Origin: an uncultured Methanosarcinaceae archaeon
Lineage (GTDB): Archaea; Halobacteriota; Methanosarcinia; Methanosarcinales; Methanosarcinaceae
DNA: 64,000 bases
Assembly: GCA_963727895.1 (NCBI GenBank)
Contig: CAVSHT010000005.1
Span: forward strand, 192,001-256,000
Direction: 5' to 3'
Shown: piece after piece, positions 45,051 through 55,269 of the stretch
Position numbering within the stretch: the first letter of the stretch is position 1
Layout of the letters: each line of letters opens with the position of its first letter
Notes under the pieces: model-generated
Databases searched by the model: none
Seen by the model: only the letters and a program-made list of their open reading frames with translations
What the model was told of the DNA's origin: nothing
Made by a program: the position numbers and the translations under genes

Positions 45051-45243
45051 TCAAACTTGTATTATGGGCAGAATCTAATAATTTTTTATCCATAACAATT
45101 CTCATTTTTTAATCAATTTACTCTATTCATTGGATAAGTCTGCCCATATCTTATTTATTCCTTTATTTTCACCGATTTATTTTTTAGGCAGTCACCTTCG
45201 ACAATATAATTTATTAGTAATTTATTATTAATTTATTACTATT

Positions 45244-45621
45244 TTATGTGGCTTTGACTATAGTGGTTCTAGCTGCAGTAGTATTATTACCCTTTATTGT
45301 GGTTCGAGTTGCAGTAGTGTTATTACCCCGTACAACAGTCCTATTTGCAGTAGTATTATTGTCTTTTATTGTGGTCCGAGTTACAGTAGTATTATTACCC
45401 CGTATAACAGTCCTATTTAAAGTAGTATTATTTCCCTCTATAGTGGTTCTATTTACTCCTGTAGCTGGAGTTACTGATTTAACAGGGGTTTCATTTACAG
45501 CTCCAGTAGCATTCTGAACCGGAGTTTCTGTTTTATTTGGAACCTCACCTTTTTGACCAGCGCATCCTATTGCAAGGAATACACCTAACAAGACTATCAA
45601 TATAACAAGTTCTTTTTTCAT
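45244..45621 (-). CDS. Lipoprotein with 12-aa Thr/Asn-rich tandem repeats
   Basis: Signal peptide with lipobox AIGC; five xRT(T/V)(I/V)x(G/D)NNTTx repeats. Confidence 0.85.
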   Translation of the reverse strand: MKKELVILIVLLGVFLAIGCAGQKGEVPNKTETPVQNATGAVNETPVKSVTPATGVNRTTIEGNNTTLNRTVIRGNNTTVTRTTIKDNNTTANRTVVRGNNTTATRTTIKGNNTTAARTTIVKAT

Positions 45622-45817
45622 ATTTTCCCTCCACTTTAATCCATCGGTTTTATAATAAATGTATTATAATTGATTTTGAGGTTTTATAACAATTACTGCT
45701 AGATTCTGAACATAGTTATTTTTGAATTAATACTCAGGCAACGATTTTCCTTAGGTTATAATACTGGGAATTTCAATATTATAAGATAATTTTCAAACGG
45801 CTTTTCGGGGGGAAGTT

Positions 45818-47182
45818 ATGAAGATAAAATCCATTAATCCTTATACAGAAGAAGTAAACTGGACATATGACTTATTTTCTTTTGAAGAATATGAGTCAAA
45901 GATTGAAAACTCAAGAAATGCTTTTTTCGGATGGAGTTCATTGTCTACTGAAGAAAGGACAAAGTACTTTTCAAGAGCGGGGAAGATTCTTCGACAAAAT
46001 ACTGAGGTTTATGCCAAAATTATTACGAAGGAAATGGGAAAACCTATCAGACAGTCCAGAGACGAAATTGAAAAATGTGCATTTCTCTGTGATTATTATG
46101 CAGAAAATGCAGCTGAGTTCTTAAAAGATGAAATCGTGGAAACCGGAACAGAAAAAAGCTATGTGACTTTTGAACCTCTTGGGGTAATACTGGGGATCAT
46201 GCCCTGGAGTTTTCCATTCTGGCATGTCTTCAGGTTTGCAGTACCTGCGATGTGTGCTGGAAACGTATGTATAATCAAGCACGCTTCGAATGTTCCAGAA
46301 TCGGCACTGGAGATTGAAAAGGTCTTTCTTGAGGCTGGATTTCCTGAAAATGTATTTAATATCTTATTAATAGATTCAAAAACATTAATGGAAATTATTG
46401 AAGAGGAAATGATAGATGGAGTTTCGTTCACTGGCAGTGTAATTGTAGGTTCAGAGATCGGTGAACTTGCGGGGGGACTGATAATGCCTTTTGTATTGGA
46501 ACTAGGAGGATCAGATTCCTTTATAGTTCTTGAAGATGCCGATATTGAAAAAGCTGCACAGACGGCCATAAAATCTCGTTTTCTCAATAATGGACAGAGC
46601 TGTATTGCTGCTAAACGACTTATTGTCTTAGAGGATATCGCTGTGGACTTTATCGAAGCACTCAAACTTGAAATTCAAGAGCTGAAAATCGGAGACCCTA
46701 TGGATGAGGAAATCGATCTGGGACCTCTTGCAAAGAAAGAACTTATAATTAGCCTGGAAAAAGTATTGAAAGACGCAAAAAAGAAAGGTGCAGAACCTCA
46801 CATTTACGGAGAAGAACATAAAAAAGGTTTCTTCTTCAGACCAGTCCTTATACCTGCAGCCAGTACCGATATGAAGGTTTGTAATGTAGATGTTTTTGGA
46901 CCTATTGTCTCAGTAATCACAGTAAAGGATGAAGACGAAGCTGTCAAAGTTGCAAATTCCACAGAATTCGGTCTTGGAGCAGAGATCTGGTCCAGAGATC
47001 TCGAAAGAGCCCAAAGACTGGCAAAAAGAGTGAAATCAGGATTTGTGGCCATTAATGGAATGGTTAAACCCGATCCAAGGCTGCCTTTTGGTGGAGTAAA
47101 GAAATCAGGAATTGGGAGAGAACTTTCCCATTATGGACTTAAAGAATTTGTGAATATAAAAACGATAGTCATCAATAAATGA
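45818..47182 (+). CDS. NAD(P)-dependent aldehyde dehydrogenase (succinate-semialdehyde dehydrogenase-like)
   Basis: EMGKP, KHAS, FTGS, LELGG, GQSCIA, FGP, PFGGVKKSGIGREL. Confidence 0.93.
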   Translation: MKIKSINPYTEEVNWTYDLFSFEEYESKIENSRNAFFGWSSLSTEERTKYFSRAGKILRQNTEVYAKIITKEMGKPIRQSRDEIEKCAFLCDYYAENAAEFLKDEIVETGTEKSYVTFEPLGVILGIMPWSFPFWHVFRFAVPAMCAGNVCIIKHASNVPESALEIEKVFLEAGFPENVFNILLIDSKTLMEIIEEEMIDGVSFTGSVIVGSEIGELAGGLIMPFVLELGGSDSFIVLEDADIEKAAQTAIKSRFLNNGQSCIAAKRLIVLEDIAVDFIEALKLEIQELKIGDPMDEEIDLGPLAKKELIISLEKVLKDAKKKGAEPHIYGEEHKKGFFFRPVLIPAASTDMKVCNVDVFGPIVSVITVKDEDEAVKVANSTEFGLGAEIWSRDLERAQRLAKRVKSGFVAINGMVKPDPRLPFGGVKKSGIGRELSHYGLKEFVNIKTIVINK

Positions 47183-47434
47183 AGCTCACATAACTTGAGA
47201 TTTATTGAAGCTTAATTGAAGACACCTTATCCAGATATTATAAAAAATGTGTATAGGCTTGAGATATAATTTGGTTAAGATTAAAATCCTACTCAAGCCT
47301 AAAAATAAAACTGAATTTAAGCTTAACAAACAACTTTAATCGAAGCTTATAATATCTAATCAAAGCCTAATTAAAAGACTTGTATTAAATTAATTCAACT
47401 TAAATAAAAGCCAAATAGTATGCGGGGTTTTTTC

Positions 47435-49070
47435 ATGAAAGCTTCAGATCTTTTTGTTGCCCAGTTAGAAGAAGAAGGCGTTGAATATATTTTTGGACTA
47501 CCTGGTGAAGAAAACCTTGACCTTCTTGAGTCCCTAAGAACTTCCAGAATCAAATTGATAATAACAAGGCATGAGCAAGCCGCAGCATTTATGGCTACAA
47601 CATATGGAAGGCTGACAGGAAAGCCAGGCGTCTGTTTTTCAACGCTTGGACCTGGAGCTACAAATCTAGTTACAGGCGTTGCTCAGGCACAGCTTATAGG
47701 AGCTCCTCTTGTTTCCATATCAGGACAAAAAGCTCTCGTTGACAACTGGCAGGCTCGTTTTCAGTTAGTAGACATTGTCAGGATGATGGAGCCGCTCTGT
47801 AAAAACGCTGTATCCATTACCGATCCTGGAATGATTCCCACAGTAATCCGCAACGCTTTCAAGCATGCGGAAGCTGAAAGACCAGGAGCCATACATATTG
47901 AACTTCCTGAAGATATAGCTGAAGAAGAGACGGACACGGTAGTGCAGAAGAGGGGCGATGTTAAAATCCCTTATCCGAATCTAGAATCTGTTAAAAAAGC
48001 CGCTAATATGATTTGTGATGCTAAAAATCCCCTGATAATGGTTTCCTCAGGTGCAAACCGGAAAGCAATCAATGATGCACTTGAGAGATTTTGTGGAGAG
48101 AACAGGCATTTATCTGGTGCATACCCAGATGGGGAAAGGAGTTATTCCAGATGACTGCATTTATAGCCTTTTTGCTACAGGGATTCATGCAAGGGACTAT
48201 GTTAACTGTGGAATTGATGGGGCTGACCTCATAATCACTATTGGATATGATATAGTGGAATATCCTCCCTACCTGTGGAACAAGACGCTTGATAAGCAGA
48301 TCATAAATATTGATTTCGTAGAATCTGTACCTGATAGATACTTTAATCCCATCGTAGAAATAATTGGGGATGTAGCCGTTTCAATAAGGGAACTTGCTGC
48401 ATGTATTCCAGAAAAACGTGAGTTTCCTATCTTTGAAAACACCAGACGTTTCATTGAGGAAAAAATAAATCCTGTAGTTAAGAAAAGTTATCCTCCTATC
48501 CCACAGGCTGTAGTTCAGAGTGTAAGAAAGGTGCTTGGAAGGGAAGATATAATCACTCTGGATAACGGGATTTATAAACTGTGGTTTGCTCGTCTTTACA
48601 AAACTTATGCTCCTAATACTATTATCCTTGACAATGCCCTTGCAGCTATGGGTTCAGGGCTTCCAGCAGGAATCACTGCAAAACTTCTTTATCCTGAACG
48701 TCGTGTGCTTGCAATATGTGGGGATGGAGGGTTCATGATGAACTGCCAGGAACTTGAAACCGCAGTACGCTATGGAATCCATGTTGTTGTTCTTATACTC
48801 AATGACAACGGTTTCGGTTTTATTAAATGGAAGCAAAAAAAGATGAATTTTGAAGATTTTGGACTGGACTACGGAAATCCTGATTTTTCTCTCTTTGCTA
48901 AGAGTTTTGGAGCTGCTGGTTTCAAGATCATGGAAGAGGACGATCTTGAAGAAGTTCTAGAGAGAGCTTTTTCACTGAATAAGGCAGTAGTTATCGAGTG
49001 TCCTATTGACTATTCCGTGAATTATGAAACTTTTTCAATAGAACTGGGAAAGCTTACATGTATATTCTAA
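47435..49070 (+). pseudogene. Acetolactate synthase large-subunit-like TPP enzyme, one frameshift near 48085
   Basis: FGLPGEEN, RHEQAA, GPGATN in the first frame; TQMGKG, GDGGF..N, NPDF in the second; one extra base in CTTGAGAGATTTT. Confidence 0.88.
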
Positions 49071-49248
49071 TTAGCATGCAAATTTGACTGGAAAGCTGGA
49101 CTTGCAGATTAATGTTCTTTACAAGTTATACCCCTTCAACGTAAAGTCCTAGAGGATGTAATTTGGATGTAAAAAATAATGTAGAGAACTTGATCTCATG
49201 TCATAAATGTATAATGTGAATATAAAGTTATAATTCGTACCCAGCATT

Positions 49249-49324
<76 letters not shown>

Positions 49325-49559
49325 TAAAACGTAGTAATTCTATTTTGTCCCTTAATCTTCTCATGAACTATAATGGGAGTTAATGAGAATTCAACTTGAA
49401 AGTGTAACGTCTGGAAGTAAAAAACTGTTTAAAATTATTTGAAATATTGAGCAATTAACTATTGAATTAAACAGGGTCAATTTTGAAGTAGAGTCATTTT
49501 CTGCTTGATCCTAATTTTATGAGTAAAACTTATATAATTTGACTGAATAGTAAAAACAT

Positions 49560-49679
49560 TAAAAATAAAGAGATGTATAATCTGTTATTAAAAACTAGTT
49601 TCTGTTTTTAATCAAAGAGCAATACACAACCTTATTTTTAAAATAGTTACTATCCGTTGTAAGCGGAGGTGAAAAGAAA
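49560..49679 (+). promoter_or_regulatory. Structured 5' leader, copy A (long hairpin plus SD-overlapping hairpin)
   Basis: TAAAAATAA/TTATTTTTA, TGTAT/ATACA and ATTAAAAAC/GTTTTTAAT stems; TCCGTT-GTA-AGCGGA overlaps GGAGGTG; TATA box at about 49530. Confidence 0.7.
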
Positions 49680-49883
49680 ATGGCTTTTAATGACAGAGGT
49701 AACTCTTTCAGAGGAAGGGACAACAACCGGGGAGGTTTCGGAGCTCCCAGAGAAATGTTTAACGCGATCTGTTCAGACTGCGGTGCTGAAACTCAGGTAC
49801 CTTTCAGGCCTGACCCTGATAGACCAATATACTGCAGAGAGTGTCTTCCGAACCATAGGAAACCCAGAGAAAACAGATATTAA
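49680..49883 (+). CDS. CxxC-x17-CxxC domain protein with Arg/Gly-rich N-terminus
   Basis: CSDC-17aa-CREC, VPFRP..DRPIYC; GGAGGTG SD. Confidence 0.92.
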   Translation: MAFNDRGNSFRGRDNNRGGFGAPREMFNAICSDCGAETQVPFRPDPDRPIYCRECLPNHRKPRENRY

Positions 49884-50213
49884 TCTACCGGTTTGATTCT
49901 AAAAGTTTTTACTTTAATCCTTTATATGTCTGTTTAGTTTTGCTTGAGCAGACCAAACGGACCTCCTTCTTTTATAGTTTTTACATGCAATAGTATTGTG
50001 TTTTTAGCTCTGTACTATATTTAGAAGTTAGTTTAGAATTATTTCATGACTGCACAACCATAATTGAAAAAAACTAAAGGTAGTTAAATAGAGATACGAT
50101 AAGTGCGTGAAGAATTATATGGAAAAGGAGAAAAGGTTTTACCGAAAATTGGTTAAAACCAAAGTATATCAGGATAATATGATATTATTAATTTTACTTA
50201 TATTGTTTGGACC

Positions 50214-50558
50214 TTACTTTAAATACCCTTTTCTTTCAAGCCATTCAACTTGAGGTCTTGTGTATTTCCAGATTACATCTGCTTTAGAATCCTGGATTTC
50301 CCAAGGAGCGACGATTACTACATCTCCTTCGTGGATCCACATTTTCTTATTTTTAGAACCAGGAATACGACCCATTCGGACTATACCGTCCATACATTGC
50401 AATGTGACTCTTTTTGAACCTAAAAGGTTTCCTACGGTTGCCAAAACTTCATGGTTTTCTTTGCGTGGTGTACGTACTCTTGTTACTTCCTGAGTCGCAG
50501 GCATGGAATTTCCAGTCCCTGCTTTTTTCTTTCTTATATTGCTTCTATAGTTAGCCAG
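50214..50558 (-). CDS. eif1a: Translation initiation factor aIF-1A; probable CTG start at 50558 (ORF-track ATG at 50504 is in frame)
   Basis: [48 protein letters not shown] 6 nt before CTG-GCT-AAC-TAT-AGA. Confidence 0.93.
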   Translation of the reverse strand: MANYRSNIRKKKAGTGNSMPATQEVTRVRTPRKENHEVLATVGNLLGSKRVTLQCMDGIVRMGRIPGSKNKKMWIHEGDVVIVAPWEIQDSKADVIWKYTRPQVEWLERKGYLK

Positions 50559-50934
50559 GTTAATTCCTCTAATATTATCAATTCATATCTTTATTTTTAT
50601 TAGTTAGTTATAATTTATAAGAAATTTAAGAATTTATGTGACTACATATAGTTTACATATTTTGACATTAAGGTTCGTAAAAGGATAATAGTTAAGGAAC
50701 TTTTCAGAAGAGATTATAATCTCTATAAATTCTGAATTTCAGAAAGCTTACATTTCAAAGATTTGTTGGAAAATTTTCAGTTATCATTTGATCCACATAC
50801 TGAACATTTACTTTAAAATTCTTTAGGATCTATTACAGCTTCAGATATGAAAAATATCTGTAAAAATTTTAAAGCATATTTTATAAATGCAGTAAAGTAT
50901 ACTTTATTTAAATCTAACTTCAACAGGCTTTAGT

Positions 50935-51137
50935 TTTGAAATTCCTGTAGCCAAACAGGCAATCTCTGCAATAAACTGGCCGACATTGTTGGTTTGAACA
51001 GACTTTAGTTTCAATACCAAGCTCAGAACTATAACCTTGTGCATTTCTAGATGGGCATTCTTGCAAACTTTGAAACTTCCATGGATGCTATTTCAATTGC
51101 CTCCATGATAGGAACTTCCTATGCCATTAAAACTTAT
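50935..51137 (-). pseudogene. Third, decayed CxxC-x17-CxxC paralog (not in ORF track)
   Basis: ATA-AGT-TTT-AAT (compare MSFN), then fragments EMHKV, SELGIETKV, FKPT, RPVYCRDCLFGYRNF with frameshifts. Confidence 0.8.
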
Positions 51138-51256
51138 TTTTGTTTAACCTTTGTAAGATAAAGGTACATATATTCGATAAATAATGATCGGATGCAACTA
51201 TTATTTAAAAACAAAAATGAGTTTTTAATAACAGATTATATGTTTCATCACTTTTA
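51138..51256 (-). promoter_or_regulatory. Structured 5' leader, copy C
   Basis: Same core TATAATCTGTTATTAAAAAC...GTTTTTA; outer stem AGTGAT/ATCATT; CCTTT...AAAGG hairpin at the decayed SD. Confidence 0.62.
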
Positions 51257-51376
51257 CTGGATATATAAGTCTTCCAATGCTATATAAGATTAATCCAATA
51301 ACAAGCTGGGAACTATAAGCAACATCCTTCAGGATAATAATCTGTCATCAATTATACGCAAAAATAAAGAGAATTT

Positions 51377-51401
51377 GGAAACCTTTCTACAGAAAGGTTC
51401 C
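51377..51401. terminator. Inverted repeat downstream of the 51443-51664 gene
   Basis: GGAAACCTTTCT-AC-AGAAAGGTTCC, with a T-rich tract after it on the minus strand. Confidence 0.5.
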
Positions 51402-51442
51402 TATTAATATAATTATAATTGAAAATAATTGAATTTCGAAAT

Positions 51443-51664
51443 TTAGAACTTTCTGTGGTTTGGCAGGCAATCTCTACAGTAAACCGGTCTTCCCTCAGCT
51501 GGTTTGAATGGAACCTGTGTTTCTACACCACAGTCAGAACAAACTGCAGGGTACATTTCTGTGGGGCCGCTGTTGCCACCTCTAAAACCTCCGCGGTTAT
51601 TGTCTCTGTTTCCCCGGTTGCTGTCTCTTCCCCTGAAAGAGCTCCCTCTGTCATTAAAACTCAT
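51443..51664 (-). CDS. CxxC-x17-CxxC domain protein with RG/RGG-rich N-terminus
   Basis: CSDC-17aa-CRDC; paralog of 49680-49883; GGAGGTG SD. Confidence 0.92.
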   Translation of the reverse strand: MSFNDRGSSFRGRDSNRGNRDNNRGGFRGGNSGPTEMYPAVCSDCGVETQVPFKPAEGRPVYCRDCLPNHRKF

Positions 51665-51787
51665 TCTCGTTTCACCTCCGCTTATAGCGGATTAGTCTAT
51701 GTTGCTATAAAAATAAGATCTATACATTCTTTTATTAAAAACAAAAATGAAGTTTTTAATAACAGATTATATGACTCTTTATTTTTA
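51665..51787 (-). promoter_or_regulatory. Structured 5' leader, copy B
   Basis: TAAAAATAAAGAG..TATAATCTGTTATTAAAAAC-loop-GTTTTTAATAAAAGA..TATA..CTTATTTTTA, then TCCGCT-ATA-AGCGGA over the SD. Confidence 0.7.
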
Positions 51788-51977
51788 CTGCCATTATTTC
51801 TCAAGCTTTTATTATATATAAATATATCTGATTAATGCATAAAATTCCTACAACAGAAGCTGTAAAAAAATGCATAGAAATAATATATATAAATTTAAAA
51901 CTTTTTTTGAAAGTTGCCTGCTCAATTTTGAATTTTCAGCTCGATAAAAAATATATTGAAACCGAAGAAGTTAAAGT

Positions 51978-53636
51978 TTAATATTTAAACTTCAATTTCA
52001 TTCCACAGAAAGGACAAAAATTTGGGGTTGTGGAAATATTCAATTTTCGAGAGCAATATGGACAAATCAGTCTGATCCCTCTTTTTTCTCCAGGACTCAA
52101 GCTTTGATGGGCTCTTGATTCTTCGGCCTCCTCAACAGAAACTGAAAGTTCAAGTTCTTTAAGAGAGTTTATGCTATATATATCACATGAAATATTTGAA
52201 TCCTGATTTTGAGTTTCAGAATTATTGGACATCAGATGTTCTTTTAGAACAGATTTTGCATCAGAAGTTTCGACTTTATTTTGAAGGTTTACCAGCGATG
52301 GAGTAGTTTTATTAATCCTTTCTAAGGCTTTTAATGCAGTCCTTCGTATGCAAGCATCTGGACTTTCAGTAGCTTTAACAATTCCTGCAACTGCTTCTGA
52401 AGTTCCAATTTTTTCAAGCGAAGAAATGACTACTTTTTGCATAAGGCTTTCTGGAGTCTCAAGGATTCGGATCAGTTCCGGCACAGCCTGTTGCGCTTTG
52501 AGATCACCAAGTGTAGAAGCTGCAGCTTCTCTTACTACTGCTTTAGAATCATTAAGAGCTTTTAAAAGACCTGAGATCGCTAAAGGAGTACCGGCTTTAC
52601 CAAGAGCCACGACTGCAGATTCCCTTACTGAACTATCAGGATCATTAAGAGCTTTAACTAATCCTTCTATAGCTTCAGGAGTTCTGTTTTTTCCAAGAGC
52701 ACAGGTAATTGTTCTCCTTAATGAGTTTTCATAAGTCTCGAAAGCTTTAGTAAGTCCCATTGCGGCCTCAGGAGTGCCAATGTTTCCCAAGGCGTCTGCA
52801 GCTCGGCTTCTCAAATACCAGTCTGGATCATCAAGAGCTTTCAAAAGTCCTGAGACCGCCTCAGGCGTACCTATCTTCCAGAGAGTTTCAATTGATATTT
52901 TTCTCACATCTCTACTCGAAGCCCCTAGTGCTTTGACAAGTATAGGTACTGAAGTTGAGTCACTTAATATTTTGCAAAGTGTTTCGGAAGCAGCTTCTTG
53001 TACAGGCTGTCTTGGATCCTTGATAGTTTCCATCAATTCATCAAGTACGTCAATTTTTCCCCGTTTTCCCAGAGTTTCAGCAGCTTGTCGGCTTATTTTA
53101 TTATCCGGGTTTTCAATAGCTTTTACCAAGCAGATAGCAGCTTCGTAAGTATCAATTTTCCCAAGTGCTATTATTGAAATTCTTTTCAACGAATCATCCG
53201 GATAAGTCAAGGCTTTTTCAAGGCCATAAATAGCTTCTTGAGAACCTATTCTCATAAGGGATTTCACAGCTTCTTTCTGAACAAATTTATCTTTATCCCC
53301 AAATCCTTTAATAATACCTGAAATTGCCTCTGATGTGCTTATTTTTTCAAGAGAAGAGATTGCAGCCTTTTTAACAGGACTTTCAGAGTCATCAAGAGCT
53401 TTTATAAGACCGGGAACAGATTCTGGTAATTTAAATTTCCCAAGAGCTTCTGCAACGGCAATTCTTACCTTTGAACTTGAATCATCCAGCGCTTCAATAA
53501 GTGCAGGCAAAGAGGATGGATTTTCTAATTTTCCAAGTTCTTCGGCAGCAATTGCTCGATTTCCTGCAAAGACTGAATGTTTTAATTTTTTAATAAGATT
53601 CTTGATATTCTCATCCATTTCTCTTCTATCCCCCAT
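51978..53636 (-). CDS. HEAT/PBS-lyase repeat protein with C-terminal zinc ribbon
   Basis: Repeated L..AL.D....VR..AA.ALG; C-terminal CPYC...FCPFCG. Confidence 0.93.
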   Translation of the reverse strand: MGDRREMDENIKNLIKKLKHSVFAGNRAIAAEELGKLENPSSLPALIEALDDSSSKVRIAVAEALGKFKLPESVPGLIKALDDSESPVKKAAISSLEKISTSEAISGIIKGFGDKDKFVQKEAVKSLMRIGSQEAIYGLEKALTYPDDSLKRISIIALGKIDTYEAAICLVKAIENPDNKISRQAAETLGKRGKIDVLDELMETIKDPRQPVQEAASETLCKILSDSTSVPILVKALGASSRDVRKISIETLWKIGTPEAVSGLLKALDDPDWYLRSRAADALGNIGTPEAAMGLTKAFETYENSLRRTITCALGKNRTPEAIEGLVKALNDPDSSVRESAVVALGKAGTPLAISGLLKALNDSKAVVREAAASTLGDLKAQQAVPELIRILETPESLMQKVVISSLEKIGTSEAVAGIVKATESPDACIRRTALKALERINKTTPSLVNLQNKVETSDAKSVLKEHLMSNNSETQNQDSNISCDIYSINSLKELELSVSVEEAEESRAHQSLSPGEKRGIRLICPYCSRKLNISTTPNFCPFCGMKLKFKY

Positions 53637-54210
53637 TAGTGTAAAACTTACTCGACCCAGTTTTAATTCAAATATTTAGTAATTTACAGTTTAGATAAAT
53701 AAAAATAAATAAAATGTTCTTCAATATGAGAATTCTAAAAGTGATATTTTCAATCTGGATTTTTAGTATGTTGACAATATAATTTCATAAATTATAACTC
53801 ATCTATTTGATTTTAGGGCTAGAAAGTTGCAAATATCCCCCTCTTTACACTATCAAATTCAACCCTTAACATTTTTTATTTTTAAAGATATTACATTCTA
53901 AGATATATTAACTTTTAGCTTGCTAATATGATAAAACGAGACTATTAGTGAAAATAATTAGGTATTAACAGAATAAGCAACCCATATATTGTTACTATAC
54001 CACTAGCATTTATATTCTCAAGTATCTCCACAATATTCTCAATTTTCTCCTTAAAATGAATACACTATTTGAAAAAATCCTTGAAACATTATTCATTTTT
54101 TAAATTAGCATTAACTGACATTTATCCATTATTATTTTTTTAACTTTTTATAAATAAAAATAGAAATGTCTATATAATTTATAGTCTTCATATTTTAATG
54201 GAGGATTCTT

Positions 54211-54959
54211 ATGAAGTTTACCAAGCAGGTCTTTACAATTTTTATCTTAGCTCTTTTAGTATCTCTTTCTGCAAGTGGATGCATCTCAAAAGGTGAAGGA
54301 ACGCAGGAACAAAATGTAACAGAGATAAATACAACCAAGATTTTGAATATAAGGGAAATCCAGTAACGCCATGGAATTCTAAACCAACGGCACCTGTGAT
54401 TGATCCTACGGCTTTTATCGACCCTCAGGCTTTTGTCATAGGAGATGTAACAATTGGCAGAAATGTGATGGTTTCTCCTATGGCCTCTATAAGGAGCGAC
54501 GAAGGAATGCCGATTTTCATAGGAAATAATAGCAATGTACAGGATGGAGTTGTGCTTCACGCCCTTGAGACAATTAATGAAGAAGGAGAACCTGTAGAAA
54601 AGAATCTGGTTGAAGTCGGCGGTGAAAAATATGCTGTTTATATAGGAGAAAATGTTTCGCTTGCTCATCAATCTCAGATACACGGTCCTTCTTATGTAGG
54701 CAATGATACTTTTATTGGTATGCAGGCTTTTGTTTTTAAGTCAAATGTGGGAAACAACTGTGTACTTGAGCCAACATCAGCAGCAATCGGAGTAAATATT
54801 CCTGACGGTAGGTATGTTCCAGCAGGTACGGTTGTCACTTCTCAGGCCGAAGCCGATAAGCTGCCAGAAATTACCGACTACTATGCATATAGACACACTA
54901 ATGAAGCCGTAGTATATGTAAACGTCCATCTGGCTGAAGGATATAATAAAGCTTCATAA
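54211..54959 (+). pseudogene. cam: Gamma-class carbonic anhydrase Cam, frameshifted near 54355
   Basis: Signal/lipobox MKFTKQVF...SGC, then NIRE/(N)PVTPWN..PTAPVIDPTAFIDPQA, SIRSDEG, QDGVVLHALE, LAHQSQIHGP, HTNEAVVYVNVHLAEGY; one A missing in GAA-AAT. Confidence 0.92.
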
Positions 54960-55139
54960 TTAAAGACAAGATTATCGAATAGATATATTTAAACAAAAAC
55001 TTAGTCTTAAAATATAAAAATCAAATTAATTTGAATAAAGAAAGTTGAATATTAAGAATCAAGAAGTTAGTTTGACCTTAGAGTTACCCGGAATCTCAAC
55101 TTTCTTTATTCCGAGTAAATTTTTTATATTTTATTTATT

Positions 55140-55269
55140 GAGTTCACCCCAAAACTAATATTATTCTCAAAACTTCCATAAATTTCAGGAATATTTTCGT
55201 GATCTGAAAATCAATTGATTATTCGGAATCCGGGGGTTGAGAAGTAGCCTTGAGTTTTGGGATGAATTT
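55140..55269. mobile_element. 130-bp MITE, same family as 12367-12496
   Basis: GAGTTCACCCCAAAACT ... AGTTTTGGGATGAATT; shared core TTTTCGTGATCTGA..ATTG.TTAT.CGGAAT. Confidence 0.75.

Noticed and set aside
51419..51835. Plus-strand ORFs over the CxxC gene, and similar antisense ORFs over infB, aroK, purE, HEAT and TPR genes
   Set aside because: They overlap well-supported genes on the opposite strand and have no recognisable motifs.
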